In this document: positions 19,630 to 29,859 of the stretch, piece by piece | How the letters are laid out: every line of letters begins with the position of its first letter | Position numbering within the stretch: position 1 is the stretch's first letter | Virus record (IMG/VR): IMGVR_UViG_2927464213_000002 | Span: 1-64,000 of that record | From: a virus | Taxonomy: Duplodnaviria > Caudoviricetes | DNA length: 64,000 bases | Direction: 5' to 3' (one strand) | Made by a program: the position numbers and the translations under genes | Notes under the pieces: model-generated | Database searches by the model: none | Told to the model about the DNA's origin: nothing | Seen by the model: only the letters and a program-made list of their open reading frames with translations

Positions 19630-20465
19630 CAGATCGCCATCCCCGGGCGACCTCGCGGACGAGCCGGTGCGCTCTCGGTTTCCCAACGCGCCTTGTTGAT
19701 CCAGACGCTGGCCGCCGCGATGAAGCGCTCGTTGTTCGGGTCTTCCTTGACCTGAGCGTTCATGCGATCGGCGTAGTGGCGGAGGCCGGCCATCAGGTCG
19801 ACGAACTCGACCTCGTCGTCGTTATGGACCTTGTCGAGCTTCGCCCAAGCATCCTTCCGGCTGTCGCCGCGCTTCTTCGGGTAGAGCTTCCAGAACTGCT
19901 CCCGATAGTCCTCGGGCCAGGGCGCGGTCTTGCGCGCCTTCTTCCGGTTAGCTTTGGGTTCATCTGATGGGTTCAGTGTGGATTCATATGATAGGTTAGG
20001 CGGCATGACGAGCCGCTGGTCACCGGCACCAGATTCCGCACCCACCGGCACGTCGTTCCGGTCCCCACCGGAATCTGATGCCTCTGCCGGAGGCATTTCC
20101 TGCTGCGGCACGTCGTTCCGGTCCTTATCGTTGTCGTTTGCTGCAGTTTTCCTGGCGCTACCACCGGAACGAGATGCCGGTGGTTCTTCCGACGAGCCAG
20201 CAGCAGGCTCAGTCATGTTCAGGTAGATCATGTCCGTGGTATCGCGGCGCTTGACGCGGCGGATCAGGTTCATGTCTTCGAGGTCGGTCATAGCGTTGCG
20301 GACAGCGCGCACGCACGCCTCAACCTCGTCGGCGATCCGCTGCTGCGATGGCCAGCACGCACCATCGGCATCGTTCGCTCTGTTGGCGATCGACATCAGC
20401 ACTGCTTTGCGGAGCGTGCTGCCAGTCTTGATCTTTCTCGCCCAGGATTGCGCGTCGAAGCTCAT
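19629..20465 (-). CDS. phage replication initiator (lambda O-like, N-terminal HTH)
   Basis: KAVLMSIANRAND..G.CWPSQQRIA; C-terminal F..FWKLYPKK...W.N..RW; internal iterons. Confidence 0.85.
   Translation of the reverse strand: MSFDAQSWARKIKTGSTLRKAVLMSIANRANDADGACWPSQQRIADEVEACVRAVRNAMTDLEDMNLIRRVKRRDTTDMIYLNMTEPAAGSSEEPPASRSGGSARKTAANDNDKDRNDVPQQEMPPAEASDSGGDRNDVPVGAESGAGDQRLVMPPNLSYESTLNPSDEPKANRKKARKTAPWPEDYREQFWKLYPKKRGDSRKDAWAKLDKVHNDDEVEFVDLMAGLRHYADRMNAQVKEDPNNERFIAAASVWINKARWETESAPARPRGRPGMAI
19950..20183. repeat. iteron array and A-rich flank within the initiator gene (probable origin)
   Basis: Repeated CCACCGG(C/A)A-N5-T(G/T)CCG dyads, mostly at ~21-bp spacing. Confidence 0.7.
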
Positions 20466-20578
20466 TCGTTAGTTCCCTTGGATTTGACCCGCTCAGCGGG
20501 ATCGTGTATTTGCAGGAATGCAAATGAAAATGCAAGCCACGACATTTCGTGCCTGCTCAACTCGAGTCACACACCAGA

Positions 20579-21190
20579 ATGGGTTCCATCCTCGTCGCCG
20601 GCCTTGACCCGGCCTTCGCCAATTTCGGCATCGCCAGGATGCGCCTCGACCTCGACAGCCTGGAGCTGTCGCTGGAGGCCGTCAGGACGCTCACCACGCG
20701 GGCGATCGATAAGGCGGCCCGCAAGGTGGTGCGGAAGAACAGCGACGATCTGCGCCGCGCCAAGGAGCTGCATGACGGCTTCCACGAGGCCATCGCAGGC
20801 TGCAAAGTAGCGTTCGGCGAGATCCCGACAGGAACCCAGGGGCAGCGCGCCGCCTTAGGCTTCGGCGTGGCGCTCGGCGTGCTGGCGTCGTGTCCGATCC
20901 CGATCATCCAGGTGATGCCGGTCGAGACCAAGATGGCCAGCGTTGGCGATCCCAAGGCCGAGAAACCGGCGATCATCGCCTGGGCCGCGGAGCGCTATCC
21001 GGACATCGACTGGCAACGATATCACGAAAACGTGATGTACCGTGGGAAGCAAACCCGGAGCGCAGGCGATTTGCATGAAGACAACGAGCATGCGGCCGAC
21101 GCGACCGCCGCGTGCCACGCCGGAATCCGCACGGAGCAATTCAAGCAACTGATGGCGCTCTGGAAAGCGGTAGGATTTGGCGGTCACTAA
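20579..21190 (+). CDS. RuvC-like Holliday junction resolvase
   Basis: VAGLDPAFANFG, FGEIP, P.ETK, EH.ADA.A. Confidence 0.8.
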   Translation: MGSILVAGLDPAFANFGIARMRLDLDSLELSLEAVRTLTTRAIDKAARKVVRKNSDDLRRAKELHDGFHEAIAGCKVAFGEIPTGTQGQRAALGFGVALGVLASCPIPIIQVMPVETKMASVGDPKAEKPAIIAWAAERYPDIDWQRYHENVMYRGKQTRSAGDLHEDNEHAADATAACHAGIRTEQFKQLMALWKAVGFGGH

Positions 21191-21419
21191 GAAACCGTTT
21201 ACCTTTCAGACATTTGAAGCCCAATTCCCGGTCGCGGCCCAGACCGGGAACAAAAAACCATTTGCAATCGTGCGAAACCGCCTTTAGAGGTTCGCGTTAG
21301 CATCCGTGCAAACGGTGGGGACCAATTGTGTTTTGCATTCGGAATCATTCTAGATCTGGGGATTTGTGCTGGTGAGTCAGCACTGACTTTCATTCGTTAA
21401 GAGTTTGCACTGCGAAAGC

Positions 21420-22154
21420 ATGATATTGGAGGACCGCAAAGTGTCTGAAGCGGTAGTAGAAATGAAAACCCCGAAGAAGGCTGTGATCGACTGGATCGAT
21501 CACATCCTCGATAGGAAGAAGTGGGACGGAACCCGTCTCGCGCGTGAAGCAAAGCTCGCGCCTTCCACCATATTGCGTCTACTCAACGATCCTGAACATC
21601 CCTTTATTCCAACTCTCAAGACCCTGCAGAAGATCGCCGACGCCTCCGGCTATCCGATCCCTCGCAAGGTGACCGAAGCCCTCGGCGCTCCGAAGATGGA
21701 AGCCCCAGAGACGAGCGAAGAGGAAACCAGCAACGGCACCGAGCGCCGGTCCCGCCTTAGGACGTTCCAAGTCGAGCTTCGTCATGTGTCGTCGTTGCCG
21801 GCCTCACTGCAGGCGGCCACGACTTCAACGCGGCGCGAAGGAACTTACGTCCCGGCGCCAGCCCAGCTGGAGAACGACGAGACTGCGTTCGCATTCTATA
21901 TGCCGGACGACAGCTTCGAGCCTTGGGTGAAGTCTGGTTCCCTTATGTTTGCCACCAAGCGCAGGGATCCAGTGCGGAACGATGTTCTGGTCGTGACCGA
22001 CAAGAACGAGCGCACGAAGCTGCGCTTGCTCCTCGGCATCGACGAAGATGGCCTTCGCATGCTGAAGCAGTTCGGCAGCGAGGAGGAGGAACGGCTTGGG
22101 TTCGACGACATCAAGGATATCGCGATCCTCGTCGGCCTTATCAAGACGATCTAG
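21420..22154 (+). CDS. CI-like repressor (XRE HTH plus S24-like domain)
   Basis: LAREAKLAPSTILRLL...TLQKIA; C-terminal AFAF.MPDDSFEP. Confidence 0.8.
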   Translation: MILEDRKVSEAVVEMKTPKKAVIDWIDHILDRKKWDGTRLAREAKLAPSTILRLLNDPEHPFIPTLKTLQKIADASGYPIPRKVTEALGAPKMEAPETSEEETSNGTERRSRLRTFQVELRHVSSLPASLQAATTSTRREGTYVPAPAQLENDETAFAFYMPDDSFEPWVKSGSLMFATKRRDPVRNDVLVVTDKNERTKLRLLLGIDEDGLRMLKQFGSEEEERLGFDDIKDIAILVGLIKTI

Positions 22155-22164
22155 GGCAGGGGCC

Positions 22165-22566
22165 TCAGCCCCCGCCCTCGACATCGAACGTCCTCTCGAT
22201 AGCTGCGACCAGACCATCAATGCGTGGCACTGATGCTGTCAGGTCGTAGATGTCGAGGCCGTTCCTCAGTTCAGTCAGTCGCTTGAGCCAGGCCTCGTCG
22301 TTCGCGACCTTCTGGACGTTGACGATGCTCTCCCACTTTTCCTGGTTGATGGAGAGCGTCACCTTCTCGATCTCAAAGTCCACGAAGTCGATGAACTCCT
22401 TGATCGGGATTGCGACCTTATCCATCGCCGGCTCGATGATCAGCATCTGCTGACATATGTCCTCCAGTATTCCCTGGAGGCGGCTCTGGAATCGAGCGTT
22501 GATCGGCTGCGGTCGCACAGCCGGCTCGACAGTCCTAGTTTGCTTTTTCGCCATTTGCTGAAGCAC
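22165..22566 (-). CDS. hypothetical protein
   Basis: Open frame of 133 aa convergent on the repressor. Confidence 0.65.
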   Translation of the reverse strand: MLQQMAKKQTRTVEPAVRPQPINARFQSRLQGILEDICQQMLIIEPAMDKVAIPIKEFIDFVDFEIEKVTLSINQEKWESIVNVQKVANDEAWLKRLTELRNGLDIYDLTASVPRIDGLVAAIERTFDVEGGG

Positions 22567-22837
22567 CTTTCTTCAAGGCTTTCATGCGAACGTTCGTTTC
22601 GATCGCCTTGAGATCCTCTTTGGTCGCCCGCCATGGCTTCAGGCCGCGATCGAGCGCAGCCAGAGCCAGGGCGATCGCCTTGGTGGCGCCGCGCATTTCG
22701 TATTTGCTTATTGCCTGAGGTGTCAGACCGAGCCACTCGCCCAGCTTCGCGTGGGTCAAGTTCCTAGAAAGCCTCCAGGCCCGGATTTCCGTGCCCGAAA
22801 GGAATTTTTCGGATGCAGCTCGCCTTCCTGTTGGCAT
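22535..22837 (-). CDS. XRE/Cro-like HTH regulator
   Basis: IRAWR...LTHAKLGEWLGLTPQAISKYE. Confidence 0.8.
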   Translation of the reverse strand: MPTGRRAASEKFLSGTEIRAWRLSRNLTHAKLGEWLGLTPQAISKYEMRGATKAIALALAALDRGLKPWRATKEDLKAIETNVRMKALKKGASANGEKAN

Positions 22838-22970
22838 GGTTTTGTTTCCCAATGCACACAAAAACGAACTGCATTTGCGCAGTCGTAACGAGGTGCTGGT
22901 GGCACCTTTTATCAGGAAGTGCAAATATTAAAGCGGCGTCAATTCGGCAAGGCAGACCTGCCGATCTTAA

Positions 22971-23165
22971 TCACGCCGCATTTGAGATCGGCGCAGCAAT
23001 GATTCGAGCTGGATGGCCCAGCTTCCATTGCTCTTGAACCTTCAGCAGGGCAGACGCTCGCACTGTTGGCTCGCACACGACCTGCCACTTCGGCGGTTTG
23101 TTGCCGCGCATGAACGCCACGACAACCACCTGTGGTTCGGTCTTCGTTTGTTTCCGCTGTTTCAT
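22971..23165 (-). CDS. hypothetical protein
   Basis: GAGGAG RBS. Confidence 0.6.
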   Translation of the reverse strand: MKQRKQTKTEPQVVVVAFMRGNKPPKWQVVCEPTVRASALLKVQEQWKLGHPARIIAAPISNAA

Positions 23166-23175
23166 GTCTCCTCTT

Positions 23176-23445
23176 TTATACCGCCTCCACGAATTTCTCA
23201 ATCGGACCGTCCAGCTCGTCGAAGGCGTTGACGATCGAACGGTTGTGCTTGTCATCGACCCAGATCACGATCGTAACGACGACACCTTGTTCATTAGTGT
23301 ACCGTTCGATCTGGTCGACGACGCCGTCCGTACCGGGCGGCATGGTGTGCTCGATGTCTTCGTGGTCTGCTCCCTTGGTTTCGACGAGGGTTTTGATCTT
23401 TTGGCCGCGCGTCAGGCCGCGCCACTGCGCCACCAGCTCAGCCAT
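23176..23445 (-). CDS. hypothetical protein
   Basis: Coupled ORF. Confidence 0.6.
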   Translation of the reverse strand: MAELVAQWRGLTRGQKIKTLVETKGADHEDIEHTMPPGTDGVVDQIERYTNEQGVVVTIVIWVDDKHNRSIVNAFDELDGPIEKFVEAV

Positions 23446-23810
23446 AGACGATGTCCCCGAGTACGCAGGCCTGGAGGAAGACGTCCGCGGTCTCGGCATC
23501 ACCGGTCTCTTCGATGATCTCGGCGACGCGGTGGGGATGGTTCTTCATCAGCCACGCCAGGCCGGCCTTCACCCTGTCCGGAGGTGAAGCTGTGCGTCGC
23601 GCTGTCCTCGTCGGCCAGCACCTCGATCTCGAAGTCGCCGTCCCACACCTTCGGGTCGGAATACCACGGACCCTCAGTAGCCCGCTCCTTGCCCCGCTTC
23701 GAGGTGAAGCGTTCGAGCCAGTAGTTGGAGCCGCCTTCCAGCGCGGTGACGATCTGGTCGGCGAGCTGTTGCGCCGTAATGGTCGGCGCCTCGATGGTGG
23801 TCGCTGTCAT
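23438..23810 (-). pseudogene. frameshifted phage hypothetical gene
   Basis: After ...HSFT (~23582), skipping one base restores PDRVKAGLAWL...GDAETADVFLQACVLGDIVYG*, which overlaps the next start. Confidence 0.65.
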
Positions 23811-24052
23811 GATGCAATCCTCTTGATGTGAGCTATGTCGATTTCCCCGAAGCGTCGGGGCATCCTGGCGCGCACAGCTGCGCACCAGTCCTTCTTGGTG
23901 GGGATCTCCTTGACCTTGCGGACTGGAGCGCACTGCTCGCAGACCGCAACGTCGGATCTTCTGTGCCAGTGCCTGGTCAGGCCGAAGCAGAAGCAGCAGT
24001 TCTCCGCGGGCTCGGGAAAGCTGGTGCCGTCATGCACGATGGAGATCGGCAT
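23807..24052 (-). CDS. small Cys-rich (Zn-finger) protein
   Basis: CCFC...CEQC. Confidence 0.6.
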   Translation of the reverse strand: MPISIVHDGTSFPEPAENCCFCFGLTRHWHRRSDVAVCEQCAPVRKVKEIPTKKDWCAAVRARMPRRFGEIDIAHIKRIAS

Positions 24053-24246
24053 CAGTTGGTCACTTCTTCAGCGACCATCTCGTGGATCTCCGGATCCTCG
24101 CACTCGTCGCTGCACTGGTGGCAGAGCGACACGAAGTTGTTGTCGCTCTTCTGAGCCAGCTCGACCGCCTCCTCCTTGGAGTTGGCCCAGAACCGACCCA
24201 TGTACTTGCTGGCCGTGACGGTGCCGTACACGCTGTATTGCTTCAT
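24052..24246 (-). CDS. hypothetical protein
   Basis: Coupled ORF, CHQC. Confidence 0.6.
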   Translation of the reverse strand: MKQYSVYGTVTASKYMGRFWANSKEEAVELAQKSDNNFVSLCHQCSDECEDPEIHEMVAEEVTN

Positions 24247-24403
24247 GGCTGGTCCTGATCTCCGTATCCGTCCTGGTTGCGATCGACGCGCCGATACTCT
24301 CGTGGGGTCTTCTGCACTCGATGGTCCCGGCGGTTGGTTCGGATCACGGTTTCGATGTCGTCATCGTCGTAATCGCGATCGAGAAGGGTGATGATGCTGA
24401 ACA

Positions 24404-25183
24404 TCAGGCAACCTCCAGACTCCGGTTGAAGTTGTTCTTGCCGGCGCCGTGGATGGCGATGGTGATGTCGGCATTGGCCTTGGTCCGATTGCCACCGCAC
24501 AGCATGCAGGCAGCGCACTGGACGGCCTTACCCATCTCCGCCGATGCAGGGCAGTGACCCTCGCCCGGGAGCTTCGGATCGGCCTTGCCGCGGACGCGAT
24601 AGGTGCGGAAGCCGAGAGCCTTGGCGAGCACGCGATCGACCTCGGTGTCGCAGGACGCCATGCAGAAGTCCGCCAGCTCAGGGATCTCGCGCCACATGTG
24701 CGTGTAGCCAGTGAGGTCGGCGACCTGGCTCAGCGCCGTCTTCCAGACCTTGACCGGCACAGCTCCGGGATCACCGTAGGCGCCGACGCGGACGACCTTG
24801 CGGGCGAGCAGCTTCCTGGCCTTGGCGAGCGGCACCTCGGGATATTTGCCGCGTGAGTAGGCATCCCAGACCACGCGAGGACCGCGCATCAAGGTGACGT
24901 AGCAGGAGCGGCCGACGTTGGTCAGCAGACCCGTCTTGTGGTCCCTGACGACCTTGCCGCGGTGAGGGCAGGTGCCGCAGATCGAGATATCGTCGCCCGT
25001 CTGCACGGCCTTCATCGGGTTGATGCCGTCGCGCAGGATGTAGATCTGAACCATCGGTCCAGTCTTCGAATTGGAGCCGCCGTCCTCGAGTCCGGTGGCA
25101 ATGCAAATAATCTGCTGGCCGTCGATCACAGACGGGCCGCGGTACAGAACGATTCCGTTCACGGGTCTCTCCTTTGCATTCAT
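24404..25183 (-). CDS. Cys-rich phage protein (GP88-like, possible Fe-S enzyme)
   Basis: NSKTG, CGTCP, CY, VR.G.YGD, GYTH.W, AS.D, CPA, C..C.LC, IHG. Confidence 0.6.
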   Translation of the reverse strand: MNAKERPVNGIVLYRGPSVIDGQQIICIATGLEDGGSNSKTGPMVQIYILRDGINPMKAVQTGDDISICGTCPHRGKVVRDHKTGLLTNVGRSCYVTLMRGPRVVWDAYSRGKYPEVPLAKARKLLARKVVRVGAYGDPGAVPVKVWKTALSQVADLTGYTHMWREIPELADFCMASCDTEVDRVLAKALGFRTYRVRGKADPKLPGEGHCPASAEMGKAVQCAACMLCGGNRTKANADITIAIHGAGKNNFNRSLEVA

Positions 25184-25539
25184 GCAACTAACAGGTCATG
25201 GTTGGGCTTGGTCAGGGCCAGCTCGCGCTCAGCCCTCACCAGTTGCCGGCTGAGGATTTGGATTTGCTTGTTCTTGCGAGCCTTGAAGTCGCGAAGGGCG
25301 TCAGCCTCGGTCTCCGCAAACCTCTTCTTGTACGCAGTGAGCCGAACAAACTCACCGCAGCAGTAAGCGCCTTTCGGCGTCCGGCGATCGACGTGGTACC
25401 ACCGCATCTCCAGGCGGGGAGCGGTGACGCCGTACTCCTCGCGATCGGCGTCGATCACGTAGGAGTAGCTCTTCGCTTCGCAGCGCCAGAGGACATCGAC
25501 GCCCTCTGGCACTGGGCCGTGCGGATGATGCAGCTTCAT
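25180..25539 (-). CDS. hypothetical protein
   Basis: V.R.TPKG and FA.T..DAL.DF.AR patterns. Confidence 0.65.
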   Translation of the reverse strand: MKLHHPHGPVPEGVDVLWRCEAKSYSYVIDADREEYGVTAPRLEMRWYHVDRRTPKGAYCCGEFVRLTAYKKRFAETEADALRDFKARKNKQIQILSRQLVRAERELALTKPNHDLLVA

Positions 25540-25541
25540 GG

Positions 25542-26657
25542 TCAGTCGACGCGACCGTCCTGGTGGAAGTCCGTCACGACCGGGAAGCGGAGCATTCCAT
25601 CCGGCGTGAAGCCGAAGTGACGCACCGTTCCTTCCTTCGGCGTCTTGCCGGCGCGACACTTCGCCAGCAGCTCGGCGGCGAACTCCTGGGTGCCACGCAT
25701 GCCGGAGCCACATTCCTGGCCATCCGGCATCTGGAGGACGACGCGCTTAGCGACGCCAGACCAGTTGCCTTCGCCTTCCTCGACGCGGATGATCGGGAAC
25801 TCCTCGGTCACGAAGCGCTTCCGCTTCATGAGCCACCAGGGCCGGCTGTCGTAGGCGTATGGATCGTTGAAGCGAACCATCTGGCCTTCGTAACCCAGCT
25901 CCACGGCCTCGACCTCGGCGGCGTCCAGCTCCTCCAGGTTGCCCACCTTGGTGGTCGGGACGTAGATCAGCTGGGGATGGCCGATCTTGGTGAGCAGCTC
26001 CTTCAGCTTCTCCGTGCGCTCGGCGAACGGCGCCGGGCTCGGAAGGTCGTAGATGTGGTACTGGATCAGCTCGACGGCACGAGCGGCCTGCTCGGGCGTG
26101 GCCTTCTACTTCCGGATGATCGATCCCAGGCCGTTGAAGTCAGCCTTGAAGTCGTGATTGTACAGCTCGCCGTCGAACTCGATGCCGTCGTGCGCACTGA
26201 ACAGGGGCTCCAGCGCCGCCATCAGGTGACCGCAGTTGAAATGCGGCTGATACTCGCGGGAGGTCGCGCCCCATTTCCGGGTCATCATGGCGCGGATGCC
26301 GTCGAGCTTCGGCTGGGACCAGACGCCGTCAGCGTAGGGGACCTCCTTCTTGAAGTCGTCCCAGGTCTCGGCGAGCATCGGGCCGTTCGGCACGAACTCG
26401 AGTTCCGGGATCGTGCGGCGATACTCGCGCTTCAGCTTCTTGGCTTCTTCAGCCGAGGCCTCCAGCGCTGCCTGCTGCTCCGGGGTCGTGGCGTTGGCCT
26501 TGCCGACGTTCTTCGGCTTGGCCGTCTTCCACTTGCTCTCGACCATCTTGCCGCCGTGGATGCCGGCGATGACGCGATAGTCCGCGCCGTTGACCTCGAC
26601 CTGCCAGCTGCGGATCTTGCCGTCCGAGCCACGTTTGAAAATCTGCTCAGTGATCAT
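25542..26657 (-). pseudogene. ATP-dependent DNA ligase interrupted by an in-frame TAG at 26106-26108
   Basis: PMLA, QPKLDGIR, FDGELY before the stop; YHIYD, GYEGQMVR, LMKRK, LRFP after it in the same frame. Confidence 0.85.
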
Positions 26658-26694
26658 GATGCTTCCTTGATGAAACGGGGCGAAGTGGCGGCCC

Positions 26695-28278
26695 TTAGGC
26701 CGCCTTTGTCGCTGCTACGGTTTGCTTGTTGTCGTTGGCCGGCGGCACTTTCACCTTCGGCAACGGCGGATAGAGATCGATCAGCTCTTCCATGGCGCGG
26801 GTGGCTGCCACGTACTGCAGATTGATCTCCTGCTCCTTCTCCCAGGGCATGCTGGCGTACTTCGACGGGCAGGTGTTCAGCCGGTCGAGCCAGTAGACGC
26901 GCTTCCACTCCCGGCCTTTCGACCGGTGGATGGTGCAGAGGGTCAGGATGCCGGTGACGTCGTCAGCGAAGATGTTGTCGATGTAGGCGGTGACCGCAGC
27001 GATCGAGTCCTGCTTGTCATCGCGGCACGCATCCATGACGACCTTCAGGGTCTCGACCTTGTCCTCGGCCTCCTGGACCTTCGACATCTTCTTCTTCGGC
27101 AGCCAGCGCTCCTTCTCCTTCTCCAACCAGTCCTCCAGCTTGTCCTCCAGCTCCGCGATGGTGCTGATCGACTTCCAGCGGGTGGCCAGCTTCTTGAGCG
27201 AGTTGCCGATGTCGCGGCCTTCGATGCGGCACGGGATCTTCTCGCGGATCAAGGCGAACGCCGCCGAGACCAGCGGCCGGGTGTTGCGGCAGAGGATTGC
27301 CGCGTCACCGTTCAGCTGAGCGCGGGCGTCGATCATCTTCTCGAAGGTCGAGGTGCTGATCTTGCCCTCCGGAGCCGAAGGGTGAGCCTGGATGTGGTTG
27401 ACCCAGGTCTGGGCGAACTTCACCACGTTCTTCGGGCAGCGGTAGGTGACGGTGAGCGGCATCTCCACGGCCCCGAACTCCGCCTTGATCAAGTCGAGGC
27501 TGTCGTTGTCGGCGCCAGTGAAGCCGAAGATGGCCTGGTGGGGATCGCCCACAGCGATGACGCGGCCGGTGCCGGGCTTCATCAGCGCCTTCACCAGCAG
27601 CCGGCGCACCGTGTTGGTGTCCTGTGCCTCGTCGATCCAGACGTTATCGAACTGCCAGAACTTGATCTTGTAGAGCAGGGGCAGGTAGATCATGTCGTTG
27701 AAGTCGATCAGCTCAGGGTTCTTGTTCGACTCCTTGAGCAGCTGGATCGCCAGGTCGATGATGTCCGACGCCTTCTTCTGCAGCGGCTCCTCGTCGAACA
27801 GGTCGAAGTGCTCGGCGATATCCTCCCAGATCGAGGTATCGTCGATATGCCCCTGGCCCTCGATGCCGAGGCCGCTCTGCTTGGCGAGGTCGACGAGCTG
27901 GCATGCGACCGAGACGTGCGGAACGAGCGAAGGCTCGATCTTGGAGTTATCCACCCAGTCAGCGGAAATGCGGCCGACCTTCTCACCGTCGACGCGGGCC
28001 TTCGGGAACGTCTTCTTGTAGTTGCGCAAGCCGATCGCGTGGCAGGTCGAGGACTCGGCCTTCTTCCAGTCGATGCCGAGCTGCTCCAGCTTGCCCTTCA
28101 TCTCCTTGGAGATCTTGTTGCCGAAGGACAGGATGATGCTGCTGCCGCGCATGTCGGCGACCGTGCGGACGATGGTGGTGGACTTGCCGGCGCCGGCCAC
28201 GGCGATGACGATGATGGAGCCGGTGCCGTGCCAGGCTTCATGCTGGACAGCCGCCTGCTGCGGGGAGGGAACGTACAT
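26695..28278 (-). CDS. UvrD/Rep-like SF1 helicase
   Basis: AVAGAGKST, IDEAQD, VGDPHQAIFGF, TYRCP, TIHRSKGREW, YVAATRA. Confidence 0.92.
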   Translation of the reverse strand: MYVPSPQQAAVQHEAWHGTGSIIVIAVAGAGKSTTIVRTVADMRGSSIILSFGNKISKEMKGKLEQLGIDWKKAESSTCHAIGLRNYKKTFPKARVDGEKVGRISADWVDNSKIEPSLVPHVSVACQLVDLAKQSGLGIEGQGHIDDTSIWEDIAEHFDLFDEEPLQKKASDIIDLAIQLLKESNKNPELIDFNDMIYLPLLYKIKFWQFDNVWIDEAQDTNTVRRLLVKALMKPGTGRVIAVGDPHQAIFGFTGADNDSLDLIKAEFGAVEMPLTVTYRCPKNVVKFAQTWVNHIQAHPSAPEGKISTSTFEKMIDARAQLNGDAAILCRNTRPLVSAAFALIREKIPCRIEGRDIGNSLKKLATRWKSISTIAELEDKLEDWLEKEKERWLPKKKMSKVQEAEDKVETLKVVMDACRDDKQDSIAAVTAYIDNIFADDVTGILTLCTIHRSKGREWKRVYWLDRLNTCPSKYASMPWEKEQEINLQYVAATRAMEELIDLYPPLPKVKVPPANDNKQTVAATKAA

Positions 28279-28351
28279 GGATCACCTTTCGGGAATTGGG
28301 ATGGGTTAGGGCGTATCAGGTCATTTGCATTCAAGCAAATGAAAAAGCAAA

Positions 28352-28654
28352 CTACCGCTTCTTTCGGGGCTTCCGCGTGCGGGACAGTTCCCTGGACTTG
28401 CGGATCAGGGCGTAGAGAGCCGACGCATCGCTGCAGAGACGCTCGTCGTCGAGATCGGCCACGATGTCTTCGGTGTGCTCGGTGTTCCGGGCCTTGTCGG
28501 TCGGCGTGTCCATCCTGGAGAGCTGCGACAGGATCTCGCAGGCGCCTTCGACGAACAGCCGAGCCCGCTCGTGCTTGGCGCCATAGCCGCGACCGTCTAC
28601 CGATGCGTCCAGGCCGTCGAGGTAGGTGGTGATCATTGGATGGAGAGCCATCAC
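28352..28654 (-). CDS. hypothetical protein
   Basis: Coupled ORF. Confidence 0.6.
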   Translation of the reverse strand: MMALHPMITTYLDGLDASVDGRGYGAKHERARLFVEGACEILSQLSRMDTPTDKARNTEHTEDIVADLDDERLCSDASALYALIRKSRELSRTRKPRKKR

Positions 28655-29022
28655 GCAGCCTCCTTGCCGGCATCGACTTCCGCGACGCGCAGTTCCTTCA
28701 GGCCCTCGACCACGCGGTTGGCATCCACCTCGTTGTAGACCTTGCAGATGTACCGCTTGTCGTCGAAGATCAGCCAGCCTTCTCCGTGGAAATTGGCCAT
28801 CTTGAACGTCCGCGGATTTTCCCGCCAGAACACGGCCTTGACCTCGTCGTTCAGGTGGCGCGGCTGGATCGAGCCGTAGGCGTGCTGGTCGATCAGGTTC
28901 TTGGCCTTCAGGCTGTTGAGCGAGTTGACCTCGCCCTCGCGGAGCCAGACGTAGTTGGTGGCATGAAGCGTCAGCACCTTGGCGATGATCTGCTCCTGCA
29001 GTTTCGTCAGGGTCTTAGGCAT
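28651..29022 (-). CDS. hypothetical protein
   Basis: Coupled ORF. Confidence 0.65.
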   Translation of the reverse strand: MPKTLTKLQEQIIAKVLTLHATNYVWLREGEVNSLNSLKAKNLIDQHAYGSIQPRHLNDEVKAVFWRENPRTFKMANFHGEGWLIFDDKRYICKVYNEVDANRVVEGLKELRVAEVDAGKEAA

Positions 29023-29386
29023 CGGTCATCTCCTTCGCGCACTCGGCGCAGTAAAACTCGCTCTCGCCGAGGGTCGTCTTCACCTCGGTAGCTTGCTCGG
29101 TGTCGGCCTCGCAGCACTCGCAGATCTTGGTCAGCGCGGTGCCGGCGAAGCTCGCCCAGCTCCAGCCCAGGACGTAGGCGCCGTTGTCATCGCCCTCGGA
29201 GACGATCGCGCCATCGATCTCAAACTCTCCGTCGTCGCCGACGTCGGCCATGTCCGCGATTTTCTTGTCGCGCTCCGACGCTCGGTCGTAGAAGAACTTG
29301 AGCACGTCGCCGATCTCCAGACCGGGAATGGCCGCCAGCGCGAGCTGCTTCGGATCTGGCGGCGTCTCTTTGATTTTCTTGCCCAT
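29015..29386 (-). CDS. hypothetical protein with C-terminal Zn ribbon
   Basis: SEGDDNGAYV..W.W; CECC...CAEC. Confidence 0.65.
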   Translation of the reverse strand: MGKKIKETPPDPKQLALAAIPGLEIGDVLKFFYDRASERDKKIADMADVGDDGEFEIDGAIVSEGDDNGAYVLGWSWASFAGTALTKICECCEADTEQATEVKTTLGESEFYCAECAKEMTDA

Positions 29387-29389
29387 GGG

Positions 29390-29689
29390 TCACCTCAGGT
29401 AAGCAGGGCCGTACGGACCCATCTTCGCGAGACCGTTGTGCTCGTCGAAGACGTTGCCGCGGGCGTGTTTCGCCGGGCGGGCCCAGGTCTCGGCCTTCAG
29501 CACGTCGCCGGTCGCCTTATCGATGAAGCAGTGAACGCCGCTCCCATTCACGATCCGAAATCGCTTCTGCAGCTCCTGCAGCTTCCACTCCGGCGCGGGG
29601 TTGCGTGGGTAGTTCGCCTGCCGATGAGCCTCGGCGATGCGCTTGCAGCCTTCGAAGAAGGTCTGGATTGCTTGTTGCAAGTCGGGCAA
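29390..29689 (-). CDS. conserved phage hypothetical protein
   Basis: VHCFIDK.TGDVLKA.TW..PAKH.RGN. Confidence 0.7.
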   Translation of the reverse strand: MPDLQQAIQTFFEGCKRIAEAHRQANYPRNPAPEWKLQELQKRFRIVNGSGVHCFIDKATGDVLKAETWARPAKHARGNVFDEHNGLAKMGPYGPAYLR

Positions 29690-29859
29690 GTTCGTTACTC
29701 CTCAATTCCTTGGCGATGTCCCGCAGCTTCTGGCGGATGACCTTCGCGGTGCATTCGATCTTCATGGGTTTGCGGTGCATCCGCCCGTCCAGGCGCCAGG
29801 ACTCGCGGCACCCTTTGCAGTGCCACTTCGCTTCCCGGATGAGCGGGTCCACCCTCGGG

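Noticed and set aside
26106-26108. Amber-codon reassignment
   Set aside because: TAG is a normal terminator in other genes (e.g. 1-3, 22152-22154, 28352-28354); this is a single case with no suppressor tRNA seen
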